A stretch of 64,000 nt of DNA from Gammaproteobacteria bacterium. Lineage in GTDB: Bacteria; Pseudomonadota; Gammaproteobacteria; Eutrophobiales; Eutrophobiaceae. A program made the position numbers and the translations under genes. The number at the start of each line of letters is the position of its first letter. Position 1 is the stretch's first letter. The DNA lies in assembly GCA_965204045.1 (NCBI GenBank), contig CBDBDW010000002.1:3139730-3203729 (forward strand), in the 5' to 3' direction. The notes under the pieces were generated by a model. The model worked only from the letters and a program-made list of their open reading frames with translations. It did not search any database and had not been told where the DNA came from. Below, in pieces: positions 57,901 to 64,000 of this stretch.

Positions 57901-58953
57901 TCAATATTCTTCGATTAGACGCCACGCCGTCTCTGCGAGCGGCCATGCGACCTTGCCGACTGCAAGCGCGTCCGCCGCGCTCGCGATCCCCTGCAAGGCA
58001 CGCGCATAGACCCCTTGAAGAATCGACACTGAACGGAACATGGCAAATGACCGATAGAACCGCCAATCAGCGATACCCGCGCGCCCGATGCGTGCGCAAT
58101 ATGCATCCAGATAGTCCTGCTCATCGGGGATATTGAGCGCCGCAAGGTCAAGATCGCACATGCCGTTGATACCCGGAGTTCCATGCGGCAGGTGATAGAC
58201 CATGCAGTTAAATGCCAGGTCCGACAATGGGTGCCCCAAGGTTGCCAGCTCCCAGTCCAGTAGCGCCAGCACCCTGGGTTCGGTCGGATGAAAAATCAGG
58301 TTTTCGAGACGGAAATCGCCATGGGCAATGGTCGTGACATCATCGTCGGGAATATTTTCCGGCAGCCACTCGATGAGCTTCTCCATCGCCGGGTTAGGAT
58401 CTGTTTCCGCCGCACGAAACTGCTTTGTCCACAAACGAATCTGTCGCTCGACATAGGCGGAGTGTTTGCCGAAATCAGCCAGTCCGGCAGCCTGCCAGTC
58501 GATGGAATGAAGCTCTGCGAGTGTCTCGCCCATCGCATCATAGATTTTTCCGCGCTCTGTTGCCTCCACTCCCGGTAAGGAGGGGTCCTGGAATACGCGG
58601 CCGTCGATATACTCCATAACGTAGAACGGGGTGCCCACAACAGCGTCATCTTCGCAGAGCAGATACACCTTGGGGACAGGAACATCGCTCCCCTGTAAAG
58701 CCGCAAAAACACGGTATTCACGCTCAATCATATGCGCCCCTCGCAATAACTCGCCTGGTGGCTTTTTACGCAAGACGTATTTCTTTTTGGGAGTTTCAAT
58801 CAAAAACGTGGGGTTGGATTGGCCACCGGAGAACTGCCGTACGGTTGCCGGCGCTTGATAGCCTTGTATATTATCCTGCAAATACGTGGACAAACGTGCT
58901 TCATCGAACGAGTGCCCCGTTCTAACGTCGGTAGTTTCAGGGAGTGCTGACAT
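57901..58953 (-). CDS. Phosphotransferase-family kinase (APH-like; ACAD10/11 N-terminal type)
   Basis: HGDFRLENLIFHP catalytic motif, DWELATLGHPLSD. Confidence 0.8.
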   Translation of the reverse strand: MSALPETTDVRTGHSFDEARLSTYLQDNIQGYQAPATVRQFSGGQSNPTFLIETPKKKYVLRKKPPGELLRGAHMIEREYRVFAALQGSDVPVPKVYLLCEDDAVVGTPFYVMEYIDGRVFQDPSLPGVEATERGKIYDAMGETLAELHSIDWQAAGLADFGKHSAYVERQIRLWTKQFRAAETDPNPAMEKLIEWLPENIPDDDVTTIAHGDFRLENLIFHPTEPRVLALLDWELATLGHPLSDLAFNCMVYHLPHGTPGINGMCDLDLAALNIPDEQDYLDAYCARIGRAGIADWRFYRSFAMFRSVSILQGVYARALQGIASAADALAVGKVAWPLAETAWRLIEEY

Positions 58954-58964
58954 CGCCGCCTTCC

Positions 58965-59378
58965 CTACTCCGCAGGCTTGAATTTAGGCAATTTGAATTC
59001 ATCGCCGGCCTGCTCAAAGGTCACTTCGACGCGCATATCCCCGGCGATTTTTTCGTGCTCGCATTCAATGATGTTGGATACCATGCGAACGCCTTCGTCG
59101 AGTTCGATCAGCCCCACTGCGTAGGGAACGTCGTCGCCCCATATATTGGCTGGAACGGGATGGTTGACAATAATCCAGCTGAACACTTTGCCTTTGCCGG
59201 AGGCTTCAACCCAATCGTAGGAACCCGATCGGCAATTTGCGCAATAATGCATCGCCGGAAATCGGTGCGTTCCACATACATTACACTTTTGAATGACCAG
59301 ACGCTCTTCTTTGCAAGCAGACCAGAAAGGCTCGCTTTGAATGTCAACAACCGGAAGCGGTTTCACGTAGTTGGACAT
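58965..59378 (-). CDS. Zn-ribbon/OB-fold protein (DUF35), thiolase-associated
   Basis: CNVCGTHRFPAMHYCANC zinc ribbon followed by OB-fold; precedes thiolase. Confidence 0.8.
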   Translation of the reverse strand: MSNYVKPLPVVDIQSEPFWSACKEERLVIQKCNVCGTHRFPAMHYCANCRSGSYDWVEASGKGKVFSWIIVNHPVPANIWGDDVPYAVGLIELDEGVRMVSNIIECEHEKIAGDMRVEVTFEQAGDEFKLPKFKPAE

Positions 59379-59382
59379 AGCG

Positions 59383-60549
59383 CTAATTCCGCAGGATAAG
59401 TGCGCTGGCGCATGTCATTGCGCCCGCCGTTGTGAGGCCGACATTGGCGTTTTTGAGTTGTCTTTCGCCCGCTTCGCCGCGCAATTGCTGAACGGCTTCA
59501 ATGACATGGTTCAGCCCGTGAATATAACCTTCCGACAACAGGCCACCGGCTGTATTGAGCGGCAATGATGCGTCAACGCGAATATTACCATCCTGGACAA
59601 AGGGGCCGCCCTCCCCTTCAGCACAAAACCCCAGACCTTCGAGCGCCATCAGAACGCTATAGGTAAAGCAATCATAGATCTGCGCGAAATCGATATCGTC
59701 TTTTGTAAGACCCGCGCCCTCCCACAAACCTTTTTGTATATAGGGATAAGCATTATGAGAATGATCCGGCCAGCGCAGGAGGTCTTCTCCATTCTGGCCC
59801 TGGCTGGGACCCCCCCCGTAGGCCGCCGACGTGATATAGACGGGCTTCTTCCTGAAATCTTTTGCCCGTTCTGCCGATGTCACCAGCACCGCGCAGGCGC
59901 CATCCGTTTCGAGACAAAGGTCATACATGCGAAACGGATCGACAATCATACGCGCATCCATATATTCATCCATGGAGAGCGGCTTACGCATCATAGCCCG
60001 CGGGTTAAGCATGGCGTTTCCCCTGAACGTCGTCGCAATCGTGCCAAGCTGCTCGCTGGTGGTGCCGTATCTAATCATGTGACGGCGACACCACATCGCC
60101 ATCGCCTGGCCGTAGGTCATAAGCCCGAATGGCGCGCTGTATTGCGTAACGCCTGCGGCCTGTGCTGCGTTACCGCCACCACCAAAACGAAAGCCGGAGC
60201 GTCCGTTCATGGCGCGAAAACACAGGACATTATTCGCCATACCGGCCTCGATTGCCGACGCCGCGTTGGAAATAACCAAATTCGCTGCATTGCCGCCTGC
60301 ATAATAGTCCATGGCATACTGCACATCCGGTATGCCCAGCTCTGTCGCGATGGCAACACCCATAACAGAGTCGTTCATACTGTAACTGACGAGCCCGTCG
60401 ATTTCGTTGATATCAACACCGGCGTCTTCCACTGCCTTCAGGCATGCTTCGGACGCCAGGCGCTGAACGGTTTTCCCGGAGTTTTTTGAAAACTCCGTAT
60501 AACCGATGCCGGAAATCGCATATTTATCTTTTAGTGACCAGGTAGCCAT
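59383..60549 (-). CDS. Thiolase-superfamily protein (SCP2/lipid-transfer-type thiolase)
   Basis: 388 aa; N-terminal ISGIGYTEF..., thiolase fold. Confidence 0.8.
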   Translation of the reverse strand: MATWSLKDKYAISGIGYTEFSKNSGKTVQRLASEACLKAVEDAGVDINEIDGLVSYSMNDSVMGVAIATELGIPDVQYAMDYYAGGNAANLVISNAASAIEAGMANNVLCFRAMNGRSGFRFGGGGNAAQAAGVTQYSAPFGLMTYGQAMAMWCRRHMIRYGTTSEQLGTIATTFRGNAMLNPRAMMRKPLSMDEYMDARMIVDPFRMYDLCLETDGACAVLVTSAERAKDFRKKPVYITSAAYGGGPSQGQNGEDLLRWPDHSHNAYPYIQKGLWEGAGLTKDDIDFAQIYDCFTYSVLMALEGLGFCAEGEGGPFVQDGNIRVDASLPLNTAGGLLSEGYIHGLNHVIEAVQQLRGEAGERQLKNANVGLTTAGAMTCASALILRN

Positions 60550-60563
60550 TGGGACTCTCTTGA

Positions 60564-61376
60564 TTATGGTTTGGGACGTTTCTTCTTGCCGAATGTGGGT
60601 TTGCGTTTGTCGCGGAAGGCAAGCAAGCCCTCCATGGGATCCGCTTCCGTGGTCGCGTAACGGTGCACATACCTCATCTCTGTACGCAAGCCCTGCTCAA
60701 GGCCCTCGTATACGGCTCGGTTCATCAGGTGTTTTACGCCCTTGACGCTGACTGGGCTCTTGCGGTGAATCTTTTCTTCCATTCTCTTGATCGCCGCTTC
60801 AAAGTCCGCATCCGGAGCAATCTCCTGCACCAGCCCCAGTTCATACGCCCTGCGAGCCGGTAGAAGATCACCCGTGAATATCAGGTGCTTGGCGTTGTGG
60901 GTACCAATGGCACGCCATGCCCGGATGGAGCTGCCGGCGCCTGGCAGTTGACCGAAGTTAAGATGCCCATCACCAATCCGTGCGCTTTCCTTCGCGATAA
61001 CCACATCGCAGGCAAGCAGTACCTCAAGACCGCCGGCCACACACACACCATTGATCGCCGCAATGTAGACAGCATGGGACTCCTCAACTGCACAAAATAG
61101 CCGGTAAAACTCTTCCATGAAGCCGCTGAAATCATCCGGGTTCTCAAACAGCTCAAGATATTTCTCAAGATCACCGCCGGCTGAAAAACTATCCCCCGAA
61201 CCGATGATAACGACCGTCATCACTTCTTCGTGGTTTTTTTTAATCTGCTCGGCGGCAATGCGTAGCTCGCGAACCGTCTCCCAATTCAGGGGGTTCTTTT
61301 TTTCCGGCCGGTTCAGCGTGAAACGCGCTCGCTTGCCCGAAACCTCAACTGAAATATTATTGAAATCGTGGTCCAT
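60564..61376 (-). CDS. Enoyl-CoA hydratase/isomerase family protein; start MDHDFNN with AGGGAG RBS
   Basis: LNRPEKKNPLN, AINGVCVAGGLEVLLACD. Confidence 0.8.
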   Translation of the reverse strand: MDHDFNNISVEVSGKRARFTLNRPEKKNPLNWETVRELRIAAEQIKKNHEEVMTVVIIGSGDSFSAGGDLEKYLELFENPDDFSGFMEEFYRLFCAVEESHAVYIAAINGVCVAGGLEVLLACDVVIAKESARIGDGHLNFGQLPGAGSSIRAWRAIGTHNAKHLIFTGDLLPARRAYELGLVQEIAPDADFEAAIKRMEEKIHRKSPVSVKGVKHLMNRAVYEGLEQGLRTEMRYVHRYATTEADPMEGLLAFRDKRKPTFGKKKRPKP

Positions 61377-61392
61377 GTGAACTCCCTGTAAA

Positions 61393-62175
61393 TTAAACCG
61401 CGGAAACACCGCCATCGACGCCAAGCGCCTGACCCGTAACATGGCGCGACGCTTCAGACGCAAAAAATGCGATTACGCCTTTCAGGTCATCGCTTCCGCC
61501 GATCCGTTGCAACGGCGCCAGCTTCATGATTTCCGGACCCAGGGCGTTCAAATATCCTTCCGCCATCCTGGTTTCAAAAAAACCCGGGCAAACCGCGTTT
61601 ACATTGATGTTGTGCTTGCCCCATTCGCTCGCCAACTGCTTCGTCAGGCTGACAACGGCGCCCTTACTGGCACAATAACCGGACGTGTATGCATTGTAGG
61701 CAGGTGGGTTGCCAAACATGCCGCCGATGGAGGCAATATTGATTATTTTACCTCGCTTGCGCGGGATCATGGAGCGGCGCGCGACCTCCTGCGTAAGGAA
61801 AAATAAACCGTCGACATTCAACGCCATTACCTTGCGCCATCCCTCGACGGAATGCTCTTCAGCAGGCTCCGCCCAGCTTGTGCCGGCATTGTTTACGAGA
61901 ATGTCGATATCGCCGAACTTTTCCATCACAGTATCGATCAACCCGGCAATCGCCCCAAGCGACGAAACATCGCCCTGAATCGAACACACATTACTGCTGA
62001 TTTTTTCAAGGTCCTTTTCGGCGCTCTTGAGTTCCTCTTTTTTTCGCGCGGTAATGACAACTTTTGCATTCATTTCCAGCAAGCCTGCCGCAATATCGCG
62101 TCCCAGACCACGGCTGCCGCCGGTAACCAAAGCAACCTGATCCGTTAAATCAAACATCTCCGCAAGATTTGCCAT
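61393..62175 (-). CDS. Short-chain dehydrogenase/reductase (SDR)
   Basis: VALVTGGSRGLG Rossmann motif; YCASKGA catalytic motif. Confidence 0.85.
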   Translation of the reverse strand: MANLAEMFDLTDQVALVTGGSRGLGRDIAAGLLEMNAKVVITARKKEELKSAEKDLEKISSNVCSIQGDVSSLGAIAGLIDTVMEKFGDIDILVNNAGTSWAEPAEEHSVEGWRKVMALNVDGLFFLTQEVARRSMIPRKRGKIINIASIGGMFGNPPAYNAYTSGYCASKGAVVSLTKQLASEWGKHNINVNAVCPGFFETRMAEGYLNALGPEIMKLAPLQRIGGSDDLKGVIAFFASEASRHVTGQALGVDGGVSAV

Positions 62176-62180
62176 CGTAT

Positions 62181-63611
62181 CTACGAATCTTCAAATCGCC
62201 TGTCAGCAAGACGTTTCGCTTTACCTTCCTTGCCGATATTTGCAACGTCTGTCAGCGAGCCCTCGTCAACAAGCTCAACGATGACGCCAATACCGAGATC
62301 GCTTTTCAGTTTCTCAGAAAGTATCGCCTCCAGCCCATCAACAGCGCTGGCGCTCTTTGATACCTCAACCTGAACGGTTAAATCATCTCGGATAACGCCG
62401 TCTTTCTGGCTTCTGGTGGCAATGCAGAACCACTCGCCCGTGGTGCGCGGATCACTTTTGACCGCGTTTAGGCAAGCCATGGGATAAACATTGGCGCCGC
62501 GAATTTTCACCATGTCGTCGCTACGGCCGAGAAAGTGGTCGATTCGCTGGAACGAACTGCCCAGCGCGCTTTCGCCGCGCGACACGACGCGACTGAGATC
62601 GCGCAAATTCAAGCGAATGACGGGCGGTATTCGCCGCGACAGGCAGGTCGCGACAAGATTACCGGTTTCACCGGGTGCAACCGGCTCGCCCGTCTCCGTG
62701 TCGAGTACCTCAAGATAAACAAGATCTTCCATAATGTAGAGTCCGTCCTTATCAGGTCCCTCAAAAGCGGCAATGGAAATCTCATTGGTACCATAGTTGT
62801 CGTAAACATCACAGTCGTAAAGATCTTCCAACTCCTTGCGCAGGGCACCCTTCGTATCCGGCCCCAGAAAAGTTGGAATGAATTTCACGCGCAAATCTTT
62901 AACATCACGCCCTAATTCATTGCGCGCCGTTTTTGCAAGGCTCGTCAAGTATTCCGGGAAGCACGGAAGAATATTCGTCCCGTAATCAAAAGCGATTTCG
63001 AGCTGTTTCCTGCTTGGGGTGACAACGCCGCTACCCGTCGTGATCGGCAAAATGCCGAGATAGTCATGAGCGGCTTTATAAAAAACCCAGGCAAATTGCG
63101 ACAAAGAGTTTGTTGCCGGAATTTGCATCACGTCACCGGGACGTGCGCCTTGAATATAAAGCGAACGCGCGGTTTGAAGCCCGATCAGCTCCCACTCAAG
63201 AACGCCGAGAAGCGATGGGCGCGGCTTGCCTGTAGTGCCGCTGCTCGTTTGAACCTTTAAAGGATTTGTATTCAGTTCGGTACGCACGTCAACGCCATTG
63301 ATAAAACCGTATGGCGGATTTTCAGCCTGATCGTCTTTTACATCCTCAGTCGTGTAGGTCGGCAATTTAACGATATCATCAAGTGACCGAACATCGCCTT
63401 CCTCCACTCCGGCTGCGGTCCAGCGCTTGCAATAAAATTCATTGGTCCACGCGTATTTGATAATTTGCTGAAACCGTTGCTCCTGCAACGCCCGGATTTC
63501 ATCCCTGGACGCTTTAAAAGTTGTTTCCGCAAAAATGTCCGGCGGCGCAAATTCGTTGTCAAATGCGTCGAAATCAATAGCGCGCCGGTAAAGGGGAAGG
63601 TTAGAATACAT
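62181..63611 (-). CDS. Phenylacetate-CoA-ligase-like (PaaK/F390-synthetase family) adenylate-forming enzyme; start tentatively at MYSNLP
   Basis: TSSGTTGKP AMP-binding P-loop; family length about 470 aa. Confidence 0.75.
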   Translation of the reverse strand: MYSNLPLYRRAIDFDAFDNEFAPPDIFAETTFKASRDEIRALQEQRFQQIIKYAWTNEFYCKRWTAAGVEEGDVRSLDDIVKLPTYTTEDVKDDQAENPPYGFINGVDVRTELNTNPLKVQTSSGTTGKPRPSLLGVLEWELIGLQTARSLYIQGARPGDVMQIPATNSLSQFAWVFYKAAHDYLGILPITTGSGVVTPSRKQLEIAFDYGTNILPCFPEYLTSLAKTARNELGRDVKDLRVKFIPTFLGPDTKGALRKELEDLYDCDVYDNYGTNEISIAAFEGPDKDGLYIMEDLVYLEVLDTETGEPVAPGETGNLVATCLSRRIPPVIRLNLRDLSRVVSRGESALGSSFQRIDHFLGRSDDMVKIRGANVYPMACLNAVKSDPRTTGEWFCIATRSQKDGVIRDDLTVQVEVSKSASAVDGLEAILSEKLKSDLGIGVIVELVDEGSLTDVANIGKEGKAKRLADRRFEDS

Positions 63612-63926
63612 TTGATATTTCCAGGTTTTTTTCTCGCACGGGGGCAAACCGAAGTTCTGAATGGTCCACGCGGTAAACCCCGCCGGTTAATTGGTGTTTC
63701 CATATAATTTACCCTTATGAAGCACTGAAATCAATAAAATAATGATCTCTGACCCATAATTCATTTTTTGTTGACCGGAATTAAAAATATGACTAAACTC
63801 GGGCTTCAATCTCTCTGGCGACGGTAGATTTCGAGACGAAAGTATGGCTGGCGATGATGGCTATGAATGCAACGCGGGAATTACTGGAAAAAACTATATC
63901 GATGGGGCTGGCATGAGGACTTATAC

Positions 63927-64000
63927 ATGCTGGAAGTGAGCGTAAAAAGAAAAATACCGGTAGGTGAAAAGGAAGTCTGGACTTTGCTGGAAGATTTCGG
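63927..64000 (+). CDS. 5' end of an ORF running off the window (MLEVSVKRKIPVGEKEVWTLLEDF...), unknown
   Basis: ATG at 63927 open to window end; too short to classify. Confidence 0.3.
   Translation, partial: MLEVSVKRKIPVGEKEVWTLLEDF

Noticed and set aside
1-64000. CRISPR arrays, rRNA or tRNA genes
   Set aside because: No short regularly spaced repeats and no rRNA-like or full cloverleaf tRNA-like sequences were seen.

Overview
This high-GC, Gram-negative-type chromosomal segment (Sec/TAT signals, TonB-dependent receptors, no CRISPR or rRNA/tRNA genes) is dominated by catabolic and transport genes, most of them on the minus strand.

Left to right, the window holds:
- a Cus-like Cu/Ag efflux operon, edge-truncated (CusB-like adaptor, TolC-family outer-membrane protein, small Cys/His-rich exported protein);
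- a TonB-dependent uptake/hydrolysis locus with three amidohydrolases and an FAD oxidase;
- MFS transporters, an M28 peptidase and a class-III aminotransferase;
- an IS-dense stretch, 11.8-24.3 kb: a complete DDE/rve element with 25-bp inverted repeats (family uncertain), an IS5-family element, an IS110/IS1111-type element inserted inside a palindromic REP-like element, and an ISAzo13-family element splitting a DUF5916 outer-membrane beta-barrel gene;
- formamidase, acyl-CoA ligase, ketopantoate-reductase-like and FAD-linked oxidase genes;
- a P450-ferredoxin-amidotransferase operon;
- a polyamine-catabolism-like cluster: glutamine-synthetase-like, C26 gamma-glutamyl hydrolase, TAT-secreted spermidine-dehydrogenase-like oxidase, wHTH+AAA regulator, second TonB receptor;
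- a cassette-like array, 44.2-47.4 kb: three about 125-bp direct repeats, each ending in a tRNA-Leu 3'-end-like 23-mer, delimiting two tandem GNAT/DUF1778 toxin-antitoxin pairs and a decayed fic gene, with a near-identical fourth repeat 13 kb upstream at 30.8 kb;
- a split B12-dependent acyl-CoA mutase cluster (IclR regulator, hydratase, mutase large and small subunits, family-III CoA-transferase, MeaB GTPase);
- a beta-oxidation-like cluster: ACADs, APH-like kinase, DUF35 plus SCP2-type thiolase, hydratases, SDR, PaaK-like ligase.

Every call rests on reading the supplied translations and the DNA by eye. No database search was possible.
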